Part shown: piece after piece, positions 47,113-56,896 of the stretch | How positions within the stretch are numbered: position 1 is the first letter of the stretch | How the letters are laid out: each line of letters begins with the position of its first letter | Assembly: GCA_963727505.1 (NCBI GenBank) | Contig: CAVSGP010000004.1 | Location: forward strand, 960,001-1,024,000 | DNA: 64,000 bases | Direction: 5' to 3' | Origin: an uncultured Trueperaceae bacterium | GTDB lineage: Bacteria; Deinococcota; Deinococci; Deinococcales; Trueperaceae | Translations under genes and position numbers: made by a program | Notes under the pieces: model-generated | What the model saw: only the letters and a program-made list of their open reading frames with translations | Database searches by the model: none | What the model was told of the DNA's origin: nothing

Positions 47113-48063
47113 GTGAGCCTTCGCTATCTTCTGCAACGGCTGGGCACGCTGCTGCTGGTCCTGTTCGGGGTATCGATCCTGACCTTCTCGATCATCCCGC
47201 TGGTGCCGGGCAGCCCGGCTCGCGTCACGCTCGGCGTGCAAGCGACCGACGCGTCGGTCGCCGCGCTCGAGCACCAGATGGGCCTCGACCGCCCCCTCAC
47301 CACCCAGTACTGGACGTGGGTGACGGGCATCGTCCTGCACGGAGATTTCGGCAAGAGTCTGATCAGCGGCAAGCCCATCACCGAGCAGGTCCGGCACCGC
47401 CTGCCCGCCACCCTGATCCTGGCCTTCGTCGCCCTCCTCATCGGATTGATCATCGCCATCCCCAGCGGCATCCTCTCGGCGCTGCGCCCCGGCAGCGCGC
47501 GCGACCTGGGCGTGTCGCTGATGAGCCAGATCGGGGTGTCGATCCCGGACTTCTGGCTCGGCATCCTGCTCATCCTGGTCTTCGCCCAGTACCTGCACTG
47601 GCTGCCCTCCAGCGGCTACGCTCCCCTCTCCGAGGGGCTGGGCGCCTATCTCAGGCACATCCTGCTTCCCGCCGCCACCGCCGGCGTCATCAGCGGCTCG
47701 ATCATGGCGCGCTTCGTGCGCTCGGCCATGATGGAGGTGCTCAGCAACGACTACGTGCGCACGGCGCGAGCCAAGGGGCTCAACCCGCGCCGCGTCATCG
47801 GCAAGCACGTGCTCCGCAACGCCGCCATCACCATCGTCACGATCATCGGTTTGCAGATGGCGACACTGCTTTCGTCGGTGGTCGTGGTCGAGATCATCTT
47901 CGCCTGGCCGGGGCTGGGCTCGATGGCCCTCAACGCCACTCTGCAGCGCGACTATCCGGTGTTGCAGGCGTCGGTGCTGCTGTTCGCCACCTCCTTCGCC
48001 GTCATCAACCTGCTGACCGACCTCTCCTATGTCTTGCTCGACCCGAGCGTGGAGTACGCATGA
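47113..48063 (+). CDS. Peptide ABC permease (DppB family)
   Basis: GDFGKSL, RLPATL, DYVRTARAKGL, EIIFAWPGLG, RDYPV. Confidence 0.93.
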   Translation: MSLRYLLQRLGTLLLVLFGVSILTFSIIPLVPGSPARVTLGVQATDASVAALEHQMGLDRPLTTQYWTWVTGIVLHGDFGKSLISGKPITEQVRHRLPATLILAFVALLIGLIIAIPSGILSALRPGSARDLGVSLMSQIGVSIPDFWLGILLILVFAQYLHWLPSSGYAPLSEGLGAYLRHILLPAATAGVISGSIMARFVRSAMMEVLSNDYVRTARAKGLNPRRVIGKHVLRNAAITIVTIIGLQMATLLSSVVVVEIIFAWPGLGSMALNATLQRDYPVLQASVLLFATSFAVINLLTDLSYVLLDPSVEYA

Positions 48064-48950
48064 GCGACGCCTCCATCGCCACGGCACCCGGTGCGGCCGG
48101 CGAGAAGGAGACGGCGGGGCGCCGCTCGCTGCTACGGCGCGCGCTGCGCCACCCGCTCGTGGTCACCGGCAGCGTCGTGGTCCTCGCTCTCGCCGTCGTC
48201 GCCGTCTTCGGGCGCTGGCTGGCGCCCTTCGATCCGACCAGCATGGACTTCGGTGCCCGTTTCGCGCCACCCTCCTGGACCCATCCCTTCGGCACCGACG
48301 ACTTCGGGCGCGACGTCTTCTCGCGCGTGCTCTACGGCGCCGCGGTGTCGTTCAAGGTGGCCTTCATCGCCGTCGGCCTCTCCGGCACCATAGGCGTCCT
48401 GCTGGGGCTGCTGGCCGGCTTCCGAGGCGGCTGGCTCGACGAGCTCGTCATGCGCGTGATGGACATCCTGTTCGCGTTCCCGGCGGTGCTGCTCGCCATC
48501 ACGGTGATGGCCATCCTGGGACGTGGCGTCGGCAATGCCATGATCGCCATCGCCATCGTCTACATCCCGATCTTCGCGCGCGTCACGCGCGGCGCGGTGA
48601 TCAGCGTGCGGGGCCGGGAGTTCGTGACCGCCGCGCGCGCCATGGGCCAGGGGCAGTGGCGCATCATGCTGCGCCACGTCCTCCCCAACTCGCTGGGGCC
48701 GATCATCGTGCAGACCTCCCTCAGCCTGGCCTTCGCGATCCTGGCGGAGGCGGCGCTGTCGTTCTTCGGTCTGGGCACCCAGCCTCCCGAGCCGAGCTGG
48801 GGGCGCATGCTCTCCGAGGGGCGCTCGTTCCTCCACCAGGCCCCCTGGATGGGCATCTTCCCGGGCCTGGCGATCATGGTCACGGTTCTCGGCTTCAATC
48901 TCCTCGGCGACGGCCTGCGCGACGTGCTCGACCCGCGCTCGTCCCGTTGA
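48060..48950 (+). CDS. Peptide ABC permease (DppC family)
   Basis: HPFGTDDFGRDVFSRV, RHVLPN, PSWGRML, NLLGDGLRDVLDP. Confidence 0.93.
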   Translation: MSDASIATAPGAAGEKETAGRRSLLRRALRHPLVVTGSVVVLALAVVAVFGRWLAPFDPTSMDFGARFAPPSWTHPFGTDDFGRDVFSRVLYGAAVSFKVAFIAVGLSGTIGVLLGLLAGFRGGWLDELVMRVMDILFAFPAVLLAITVMAILGRGVGNAMIAIAIVYIPIFARVTRGAVISVRGREFVTAARAMGQGQWRIMLRHVLPNSLGPIIVQTSLSLAFAILAEAALSFFGLGTQPPEPSWGRMLSEGRSFLHQAPWMGIFPGLAIMVTVLGFNLLGDGLRDVLDPRSSR

Positions 48951-48968
48951 GCCCGGCGCGGTGAGGCC

Positions 48969-51290
48969 TTGACCGCGGCCGATGCGCGCGAGCCGGGCGA
49001 ACCGGCGGCCTCGGGCCGTCTGGTACGTGTGCGCGCCTCCGTCTCCCTGCTGGCCGGCGCCGGCCTGCTGCTGGAGATCGCGCTCACGCGCGTGCTGTCG
49101 CTGCTCTACTTCAGCCCCTTCGTGTACGTGCTGCTGGCCGTCGCGGTGCTGGGGGCCGGCCTGGGCGCGGCCGCGGCCACCCTGCTGCCAACGACCCGCA
49201 CCCGGGCCGGCGCCGCGATCGCCGCCGCTGCCGGCGCGCTCGCCACCCCCCTGGTGGTGGTCCTGCTCCTGAGGGTGGCGACGGCGCCCCTGCAGGGTGT
49301 CGCCCTGGCGCTGTGCACGCTCCCGTTCGCGTTCCTGGGGCATGCCCTGGCCACGCTCTTCGCCCTGCACAGCGCCCGCGCCCCTCGGCTCTACCTCCAC
49401 GACCTGGCCGGCGCCGGGATCGGCGCCCTGGCGTCCGTCGCGGCGCTCGACCTCCTCGGCGCGCTCGGTGCGGTGCTGCTGGCGGGCCTGGTGCTCGCGC
49501 TCGCCGCCCTCTTGCTCGCGCCGCGTGCCTACCGGCCGTCCGCAGCGATCGTGGTCGTCGTCGGCGCCGCGCTGCTGACCGGGCACGCGGCGACCGGCTG
49601 GCCGCAGCCGCCGATGGCCCGGCTCGCCGCCGCCAAGCCCCTGAGTCGCGAGCTGCGAAGCGGCGCCAGCGAAGTAGCCCACGCCTGGGACGCCCTGGGG
49701 CGCAGCGACCTGGTGCGGCGGCCCGACGGAAGCCTCTATCTCTACCTCGACGGCGGCGCCGGCTCGCTGGTACCCGACACCGCGCGGCCCACCACCTACC
49801 TGCACGACGTGGGCGCCTACGCGTACGCCGTCCAGAGTCCGCAGAGCGTGTTCATCATCGGTCCCGGCGGCGGTCTGGACGTGGCCCTGGCCCATGCCTT
49901 CGACGTGCCCGACGTCACCGCTGTGGAGCTGAACGGCGCCGGCGTGCGGCTGGCGCGCCGGGCGTCGGCCGACGGCCTGATCGCGGGCGCCCCCGCGTAC
50001 GACGGCACCACGCTTCGCATCGACGAGGGCCGCAGCACCCTGCGGCGCACGCAGCAGCGCTTCGACCTGATCCTGCTCTCGCAGGTGGTCACGGACGCCG
50101 CCGAGGCACGCTCGTACGCGCTGGTCGAGAACGCGGTGTACACGGTGGAGGCCTTCCGGGAGGATCTCGATCACCTCGCTCCGGGCGGCGCCATCGCCCT
50201 GAAGCTCTACGACGAGGTCACCCTCACGCGCGCCCTCACCACCGCGGTGACCGCCCTGTCGGAACACGGCATGAGCGAGGCCGACGCCCTGCACCACACC
50301 CTGGCGGTGCTCGACGCGCGGGGCGGGCGCCCCATCCCGTTGCTCATGGTGTTCGACCATGCGCTCGGCCGCGACGAGGCGCTGGCCTACGGCCGCCTGG
50401 CGCGCTCGGCCGGACTGCAGGTCCTCTACCTCCCGGGGCTGGTGGAGAATCCGCCGCTCGATGCCCTGAGCGCGGGAAGCACCGACCTGCGGCGCATCGA
50501 GGCCGCCAGTGGAGGCGTGGACATCCGGCCCACGCACGACCGCCGGCCCTTCTTCTTCCAGTTCGAACCGGGCCTGCCGCGGCCCCTGCTGTCGCTGCTC
50601 GTGGGGCTGGCCGTACTGACGGCCGCGGCAGCCGTCCTCTTGGCCCTCCGGCAACGTCGCCGGCGCGGGCCCGCGCGGCTGGCGCCGCTGCTCTTCGGCG
50701 CACTCGGCGCCGGCTTCATGTTGTTCGAGGTCGGTGCGCTTCAACGGCTGCGCCTCTACCTGGGGCACCCCACGTTGACGCTGGCGGTGGGGCTGGCCGC
50801 GCTGCTGGTGGGGGCCGGGCTGGGCGCCGGGCTGGCGGGCGGCGCCGCTCGCCGGGTTGGCAACGCAGCTCGAGGCGAGCTCCGGGTGGCCGCCTTGGCG
50901 GCACTGCTGGTGGCGGCGGCCGGCCTCGTCTGGAGCCTGCTGTTCCCGGCGTGGTCGGGGGCCACCCTGGCCTGGCCAACGGCCGCAAGGGCCGCGCTGG
51001 CCGCGGCGACGCTGCTGGTGGTGGCGCTGCCGATGGGGATGCCGTTCCCGCTGGCGCTGCGGGCCGTAGGACGGACGGGCCCCTCGGAGGTGGCGCTGGG
51101 CTGGGCGGTCAACGGTGTTGCGGCGGTCCTGGGCAGCAGCGCCGCCACCGCCGTGGCCTTGACCTGGGGCTTCCCCTACGTGCACCTGGCCGCCGCCGCC
51201 GCTTACCTGCTGGCTGCGGGCACGGCCCCCCTGATGGCGCGCAGCGACGCGTTCACGCCGGCGGGCGCACCACCGACGACCCTTCCCTGA
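48969..51290 (+). CDS. Multi-pass membrane protein with central spermidine-synthase/SAM-binding domain
   Basis: N- and C-terminal TM bundles flank IIGPGGGLDV, AVELN, DEGRS, FDLI, ENAVYTVEAF, DRRPFFFQF; also GMPFP and WAVNG. Confidence 0.8.
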   Translation: MTAADAREPGEPAASGRLVRVRASVSLLAGAGLLLEIALTRVLSLLYFSPFVYVLLAVAVLGAGLGAAAATLLPTTRTRAGAAIAAAAGALATPLVVVLLLRVATAPLQGVALALCTLPFAFLGHALATLFALHSARAPRLYLHDLAGAGIGALASVAALDLLGALGAVLLAGLVLALAALLLAPRAYRPSAAIVVVVGAALLTGHAATGWPQPPMARLAAAKPLSRELRSGASEVAHAWDALGRSDLVRRPDGSLYLYLDGGAGSLVPDTARPTTYLHDVGAYAYAVQSPQSVFIIGPGGGLDVALAHAFDVPDVTAVELNGAGVRLARRASADGLIAGAPAYDGTTLRIDEGRSTLRRTQQRFDLILLSQVVTDAAEARSYALVENAVYTVEAFREDLDHLAPGGAIALKLYDEVTLTRALTTAVTALSEHGMSEADALHHTLAVLDARGGRPIPLLMVFDHALGRDEALAYGRLARSAGLQVLYLPGLVENPPLDALSAGSTDLRRIEAASGGVDIRPTHDRRPFFFQFEPGLPRPLLSLLVGLAVLTAAAAVLLALRQRRRRGPARLAPLLFGALGAGFMLFEVGALQRLRLYLGHPTLTLAVGLAALLVGAGLGAGLAGGAARRVGNAARGELRVAALAALLVAAAGLVWSLLFPAWSGATLAWPTAARAALAAATLLVVALPMGMPFPLALRAVGRTGPSEVALGWAVNGVAAVLGSSAATAVALTWGFPYVHLAAAAAYLLAAGTAPLMARSDAFTPAGAPPTTLP

Positions 51291-52278
51291 GCGAGCGCTC
51301 CACGGCCACGCACAGCGCCACCGCCACACGTCCGTCGTGACCGTCGGCCGGAACCGGCGTCCCCTCGGTGACGGCACGCAAGAACGCCGTCGTCTGCCGC
51401 GGCAGGTCGAAGGCGTGGCCCGTGCGTTGCGGCACCGGCACCGTGCGGATACCATCGTCGTCCTGCGTCCACAGCGACACGGTCGGGTCCTCGTCGGTGT
51501 CCTGCCGCCCGTCCCAGCGCGCCCGCAGGGCGCCGTCCTCGGCGTTGAGGTCGCAGCGCACGTGGTGCTCGAAGCCCGCGACGGTGCGCGTGACCATGGC
51601 GCGAGCTCCGCCCGCGAACGAGAGTCTCACGTCGAGGTTCTCGTGCGCCCCCTCACGGCCGGCGCGGCTCACCGACCAGGCCTGCACCTCCGTGACCTCG
51701 CCGAGGAGCCAGCGCGCCAGGTCGAAATAGTGGATCGGCTCCTCGAGGATGCTGCTGCCGAGCCTGGCGGGATCCTGCTTCCAGCCCGACGCACCCGCGC
51801 GGTAGGGGCGACGGAACAGGCGCAGGTCGAGGTGATCGGGCCGGCCCAGCTTCCCGGCCTCCGCGCGCACCGCCTCGAACAGGCGGAACACGCGCATCTC
51901 GTGGCCGACCGCCAGCACCCGGTCCGCGCGGCGCGCCGCCTCGAGGATGCGGTCGCAGTCCTCGATCCCGATCGCCATCGGCTTCTCCACCAGCACGTGC
52001 TTGCCCGCCTCGAGCGCGGCCACGGCGTGCTCGGCGTGCAGGTCGTTGGGGCTCGCCACGATGACAGCGTCGAGCTCGGAGGCGAGGAACGCCTCCAGGT
52101 CCGTGGTCACCGGCACCTGCCAGGCGCCCTGCAAGCGGTGCGCGCTCACCTCGCTGCGTACCAGCACAGCCGCAAGCGGCGCGCCGACGCTCTCCAGCGC
52201 GGCGCGGTGCATGGCGGCCCAGCGGCCGCCGCCGATGATACCCACACGTACCGGAAGGCGCCCGCTGCCACCGCTCAT
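51253..52278 (-). CDS. Gfo/Idh/MocA family oxidoreductase
   Basis: IIGGGRWA, ASPNDLH, AGKHVLVEKPMA, EEPIHYFD. Confidence 0.9.
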   Translation of the reverse strand: MSGGSGRLPVRVGIIGGGRWAAMHRAALESVGAPLAAVLVRSEVSAHRLQGAWQVPVTTDLEAFLASELDAVIVASPNDLHAEHAVAALEAGKHVLVEKPMAIGIEDCDRILEAARRADRVLAVGHEMRVFRLFEAVRAEAGKLGRPDHLDLRLFRRPYRAGASGWKQDPARLGSSILEEPIHYFDLARWLLGEVTEVQAWSVSRAGREGAHENLDVRLSFAGGARAMVTRTVAGFEHHVRCDLNAEDGALRARWDGRQDTDEDPTVSLWTQDDDGIRTVPVPQRTGHAFDLPRQTTAFLRAVTEGTPVPADGHDGRVAVALCVAVERSLREGSSVVRPPA

Positions 52279-53333
52279 GCCGCCTCCCCCGCGAGCGGCG
52301 GGAGGTCGCCCTGCACCTCGGCCGGGACGACTTCGCGGTCTTCGGCGATCGAGGTCAGCACGGCGAGCGAGGTGCGCAGGGCGCGCACGCCGTCGTCCAT
52401 GGTTGCCAGGGGCCGGTGCTCGAGCCCGTGCAGCTCCCGGTGGAACGCCCGGATCTCCTCCCGCCAGGGGTCGGAGGCCGGGGGCTCCCAACGCAGCGTC
52501 CCCTCCGAGGTCAGCAGCTCGACCCGGTCGGGCCACTCCGCCGTGATCAGCCCGTCGGGCCCCATGTAGGTGTGACGTTCGGTGGCGGCGATGCCCGCGG
52601 GCAGCCCCCAGGACACCTGGATCTGCCCCACGCCCCCGCCCGGATAGCGCAGCGTGATGTGCGCGCTGTCCAGCGCCTTGTGCCGGATGCTCGCCAGTGC
52701 CGGCTTGCCGTCGCCGAACGTGTAGCCGTAGGCGCGCACCCCACTCGGACGTTCACCGTAGAACGCCTCCCACTGGTCGAAGATGTGGCAGCACATGTCG
52801 ATGATGGGGCCCCCGTTGGCCGCCGCGTCGTGCATGAGCAGCTTGGGTCGGATGCCCGCGGCGATGGTGGCCTGCGCCAGCACCGGCCCGCCGATCCTCG
52901 CGCCGAAGGCGAGCATCTGGTGGCTGGCGGGGTCGAAGCGGCGCATGAAGCCGATGCGCAGGAGCTTGCCGCTCTCCTCCGCGGCCTGGCTCATGGCCTC
53001 GGCCTCGGCCAGGCGCAAAGCGGCCGGCTTCTCGCACAGCACGTGCTTTCCCGCCCGCAACGCCGCCACGGTGTAGCGAGCATGCAGATAGGTCGGCGTG
53101 CAGACCGAAGCCGCGCCGACGTCGGCGCGCTCCAGCGCGGTGCCGAGGTCGTCGAGCGCGAGGGCGCCGAAGCCAGCAGCTACGCGCTCGCCCCGGCTCC
53201 GATCGGGGTCGACCACCGCCACCACGCGGGCGCCGGCCTCCGCCCACCAACGTGCGTGACGGGCGCCCATGTCGCCTGCGCCGACGACCACGACGCCGAG
53301 CGGATCCTGGGACCCTTGCTTCGGGATGCTCAT
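52275..53333 (-). CDS. Gfo/Idh/MocA family oxidoreductase
   Basis: VVGAGDMG, CTPTYLH, AGKHVLCEKP, GFMRRFDP, GGPIIDMCCH. Confidence 0.9.
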   Translation of the reverse strand: MSIPKQGSQDPLGVVVVGAGDMGARHARWWAEAGARVVAVVDPDRSRGERVAAGFGALALDDLGTALERADVGAASVCTPTYLHARYTVAALRAGKHVLCEKPAALRLAEAEAMSQAAEESGKLLRIGFMRRFDPASHQMLAFGARIGGPVLAQATIAAGIRPKLLMHDAAANGGPIIDMCCHIFDQWEAFYGERPSGVRAYGYTFGDGKPALASIRHKALDSAHITLRYPGGGVGQIQVSWGLPAGIAATERHTYMGPDGLITAEWPDRVELLTSEGTLRWEPPASDPWREEIRAFHRELHGLEHRPLATMDDGVRALRTSLAVLTSIAEDREVVPAEVQGDLPPLAGEAA

Positions 53334-54397
53334 GGCAGGTACCTCCGGTGCCAGCCCTCCCCGGCGCCCTCCATCGCAGGCGCGCCGCCATAGCGGCGGT
53401 GGTCGTGCCACGGCAGCGCGCCGTCGGCGCGAGCGGAGATGGCACGAAGGTAGGGTAGCGCTCGCGACCGCAGCTGCTCTTCGACCGCCGCCGCGTCGGG
53501 GTAGGCCTCGAGGGCCTCCAGCCACACCGCGCGGCCCGCCAGGAAGCCGCTCGCACCGGCATCGAAGGCGAGCTCGAGATCGATCTCGAACTCGGCCGGC
53601 CCGACGCCCGCGCTCAGCAGCACCCAGGGTGCGGGGCAGGCATCGTCGAGCTCCGCCAGGAAGCCGCGTACCTCGTCCAAGGAGAAGAGGGCGGGGCGCT
53701 CGCGACCGTCGAAAGCGCCGCCGTGATAGCCACGGCAGTGCTTGAGGTCGGCGGGGAACTCGAGCTTGAAGACGTCTACCCCGAAGCGCGGCTCGGCGAA
53801 GCGCCGCACGGACGCGAGGACGCGCTCGGGACGACGCGCCTGGTACTCCGGCGAGGCGGGGTCCTCGCCCGGTTTCGGGTAGACCAGCAGCTCCAAGATG
53901 AACGGGATGTCGCTCACCCGGCAGGCCTCGCCCACCTCGGCCACCAGCCGTTCCTGGTGCGCGCGCGTCGCTTCCGAGGTGTCGGGGCGATACCAGGCCA
54001 GCAGCTTGACGCCGGACGCCCCTGCGCGTTTGATGGCCCCGACGCTCCATCCCTCGATGAGCCTGGAGCGACGCTCCCCGTCGATGACCTCGAAGCCGTA
54101 GTCCTCGAGCGTGCCGATCAGCGCGGTGCTGCCGGGAACGGCCGACAGGGCGGTGGCGTGCGTCCAGACCGGATCGATGAGGATCGCGCCCGCCTCCGGG
54201 GCCAGCACCCGGGTGAGGAGCGCCTTGGCTTCGGCCACCTCATCGAAGCTCAGGCTCTGCGGGTCCCGGTTGCCGGCGCGCGCCAGCGCCTGGAACAGGG
54301 GCGGACGTTGATCGACCGCCACCATGCGGAACACGCCGTCGTCGTCGGCGAGCGTCATCATCGCGCGCAACTTGCCGGCACTCAGGGTCTTACTCAT
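53330..54397 (-). CDS. Class I aldolase, LacD/YihT family (tagatose-bisphosphate or sulfofructose-phosphate aldolase)
   Basis: MVAVDQR, ILIDP, GWSV, GVKLL.WYRPD, FILELLVY, DVFKLEFP, PWVLLSAGV, GASGFLAGRAVW. ATG at 54397 after GGAGGTG. Confidence 0.88.
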   Translation of the reverse strand: MSKTLSAGKLRAMMTLADDDGVFRMVAVDQRPPLFQALARAGNRDPQSLSFDEVAEAKALLTRVLAPEAGAILIDPVWTHATALSAVPGSTALIGTLEDYGFEVIDGERRSRLIEGWSVGAIKRAGASGVKLLAWYRPDTSEATRAHQERLVAEVGEACRVSDIPFILELLVYPKPGEDPASPEYQARRPERVLASVRRFAEPRFGVDVFKLEFPADLKHCRGYHGGAFDGRERPALFSLDEVRGFLAELDDACPAPWVLLSAGVGPAEFEIDLELAFDAGASGFLAGRAVWLEALEAYPDAAAVEEQLRSRALPYLRAISARADGALPWHDHRRYGGAPAMEGAGEGWHRRYLP

Positions 54398-54553
54398 GCT
54401 CACACCTCCACCGTCATCGTCACGGAGTCCATCTCGATTCATCGGTCGGGACCATGGTTCGGGACCATGGGTCGCGTGCGTCTGCCGCGGACGTGCTGCG
54501 GGTTCCGGGGCTGGTTCCTGCTGCGGCATCCGGAGCCGTGGCGCTGGCCGCCA

Positions 54554-55489
54554 TCAGCGCGGGGGCGTCCCGGCGTCCGGGCGCGCATCCCCCGGCCCGG
54601 TGGCAGTGCGGAAGGCGACCACGTCGTCGTGGCTGGGCAGTCCGGCGCGCGCACCGAAGGCGCGGCACGCCATCGCCGCCGCCGTAGCCGCGTAACGGGC
54701 GGCCTCCTCGGCGGATGCGCGCCGCGCGATAGCGGCGGCGTACGCGCCGTGAAACACATCGCCCGCGCCGGTGGTGTCCACCGCCTCGACGCGCGGGGCG
54801 GACACGTGCAGGGTGTGCTGACCCTCCAGCAGCAGCACCCCCTCCGCACCCAGGGTGATCCCCACCACCTGATCGGGGCGCCGCCGCAGGCGCGGCAACG
54901 CCGCCTCGGGGTCGTCCCGGCCGATCAGCTCCTGCGCGCACTCGCGCGCCACCAGCAGATGATCGGCCAGGCCGGCATCCTCCCAGTGGCGGAGGTTGCC
55001 GTAGTCGGCAACGACGGGGACGTTGCCGGCGCGGGCGGCCTCGGCGGCGGCGCGGCACAGGCGAGGATGCCTCAGGTCAACGAGCACCGCCCCGGTCCCT
55101 TCGAGGAAACCGGCCGGCAGGTGGGAGGGGTCGTCCTCGAGCCCGCTCCCGCGGTAGGGGAAGATCCACCGTTCCCCGTCGGGCGCCACCAGCACGGCGC
55201 TGACGAACGTGCGCGCGCCGGGCAGCCGGTGCACGCCGGAGACGTCCACCCCATGCGCCTCGAGATCGACGAGGGCGGTGCTGCCGGCAGCGTCGTCGCC
55301 GTGGAGCGCCACCAACGCGGCGGCCACCCCGAGGTGCGCGGCCGCCGCGGCGGCCGTGGCGGCCGGCCCACCTCCCTGCGTCCGGTAGGCAGTGGCGTCG
55401 GTGCGCGAGTGGACCGGCGGGAAGCGCTCGACCCGCCACACGTGATCCAGACACGACAAACCGACACACACCACACGCGGCCCACTCAC
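54554..55489 (-). CDS. PfkB family kinase, YihV (sulfofructose kinase)-like
   Basis: RVVCVGL..LD, GGGPAATAA, SAVLVAPDGER, YxxxxL, VLVDLR, VDTTGAGDVFHGA. Confidence 0.85.
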   Translation of the reverse strand: MSGPRVVCVGLSCLDHVWRVERFPPVHSRTDATAYRTQGGGPAATAAAAAAHLGVAAALVALHGDDAAGSTALVDLEAHGVDVSGVHRLPGARTFVSAVLVAPDGERWIFPYRGSGLEDDPSHLPAGFLEGTGAVLVDLRHPRLCRAAAEAARAGNVPVVADYGNLRHWEDAGLADHLLVARECAQELIGRDDPEAALPRLRRRPDQVVGITLGAEGVLLLEGQHTLHVSAPRVEAVDTTGAGDVFHGAYAAAIARRASAEEAARYAATAAAMACRAFGARAGLPSHDDVVAFRTATGPGDARPDAGTPPR

Positions 55490-56889
55490 GAGCGCAGATA
55501 GGACGCCGGGGGCAGCGCCGGCAGGACGTCCGCACCGAGGTAGGCGCAAAGCTCGTAGAGCGCTTCCACCCGGTCGCCGCGACCGAAGGCGAGGTGGTGC
55601 GGCAACCGCCTGTCGAGCAAGTTGGCGACGAAGGCGCGCACATCGACGGGGCTCTCACCCCAGCGTAGTCCTCCGATCCAACCGCGGACGCCGTCGTAGC
55701 CCACCTTCTCCTCGCGGCGTACCTCGCCGCCGACGATGACGGCGCGCCCCCCGGAGCTCAGCAGCCGGAAACCGGTCACGGGACCGGCCCGCAGGCGCAT
55801 GTCGCGCACGACGCCGGTGCCGTCGCGGTTGAAGTGCGTGGTGAGACGGGTGTCGGGACCCCCCGAAGGTCCCGGCGCCGCCCACGCCACGGGCGCGTTG
55901 CCGCAGTGCCAGACCTGGAGGCTGTCGTCGGCCTCGTCCACGTCGGAGAGGTCCATGAGGATGGCGGGGTCGCCGCTGACGCCCTGCAGCGCGAGCATCG
56001 ACAGCGCTCCCATCACGTCCCCCTCGCAGGCGGCGGGCACCTCGCGGCCGCTGGAGTCCCCCATCGCGGCGCATGCCATCGAATCGCAGGTGTCCGGCAC
56101 CTCCGGCCAGCACCGCACGGCCAGTGCCGTTGCTCCCGTCTCCTCGGCCAGCCTCTCGAGGGCGGCGTCGATCCGCGCGCCTCGGACGAGCTGCTCGAAC
56201 GATACGTCCGCGCGCTCGCGCTCCTGCCAGCCGCGAGCCCGCGCCTCGGCCTCGGCTTCCGGCACCGCCGCCACGCGCTCGAACAGCGCCGCCAGGTCGC
56301 GCGCGACGACCTCGACCCCCTCGAAGGCGGGCGCCTCCTGGAGTCCGTAGAAGCCCGGCGCGGTGCCACCGATCGCCAGGATGCGGGCGCTGTGCACCGC
56401 AGCCAGACCGCGAAGGGCACCTATCGTGGCCGCGAACCGTCGCCCGAACTCCGGGTCGTCGGGCAGGCCGTAGAACCACTTGACGGGCTCGGACTTGGCG
56501 ACCTGGGGCGCGTCCAGCAGCGAGAGCGTCATGTTCAGGCCGCACAGCGAGTTGAGCGGCAAGGGCCCCTCGCGCCAACCGCCCGCCCGCTCCGGCACGC
56601 CCCACAGGCCGACCCGCTCGGCGGCCGCGAGCAGGGGCGCGACCACGTCGCCGGTCGCGAACGTGGTGAGCTGCACCAGCAGGTAATCGAGGCCCTCTTC
56701 GGCGAGCACGCGGGCCGCTCGCGCGGCCTCGGGCGCGTCCCGCACCGCCTGCACAGGCGCGACCAGCTCGAAGCCGAGCCGCTCCGCCAGCCTCTCCATA
56801 CCTTCGAGGCTGCGGCGCGCAGCCGCTGCGCTGTCCCCCTTGAAGGCGGGCCGCGTCACCGAGACGAACCCGATACGGGGTCGGATCAT
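55486..56889 (-). CDS. L-fucose isomerase-fold protein, SqvD/SftI (sulfoquinovose isomerase)-like
   Basis: RPAF, QLTTFATG, LWGVPE...GPLPLNSLCGLN, TAPGFY, VRCWPE, ACEGDVMG, WHCGNAP, HFN, PHHL. Confidence 0.8.
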   Translation of the reverse strand: MIRPRIGFVSVTRPAFKGDSAAAARRSLEGMERLAERLGFELVAPVQAVRDAPEAARAARVLAEEGLDYLLVQLTTFATGDVVAPLLAAAERVGLWGVPERAGGWREGPLPLNSLCGLNMTLSLLDAPQVAKSEPVKWFYGLPDDPEFGRRFAATIGALRGLAAVHSARILAIGGTAPGFYGLQEAPAFEGVEVVARDLAALFERVAAVPEAEAEARARGWQERERADVSFEQLVRGARIDAALERLAEETGATALAVRCWPEVPDTCDSMACAAMGDSSGREVPAACEGDVMGALSMLALQGVSGDPAILMDLSDVDEADDSLQVWHCGNAPVAWAAPGPSGGPDTRLTTHFNRDGTGVVRDMRLRAGPVTGFRLLSSGGRAVIVGGEVRREEKVGYDGVRGWIGGLRWGESPVDVRAFVANLLDRRLPHHLAFGRGDRVEALYELCAYLGADVLPALPPASYLRS

Positions 56890-56896
56890 CGCTGGA

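Noticed and set aside
48132..51455. 1107-aa minus-strand ORF
   Set aside because: Antisense shadow of the DppC-type and spermidine-synthase-like genes.
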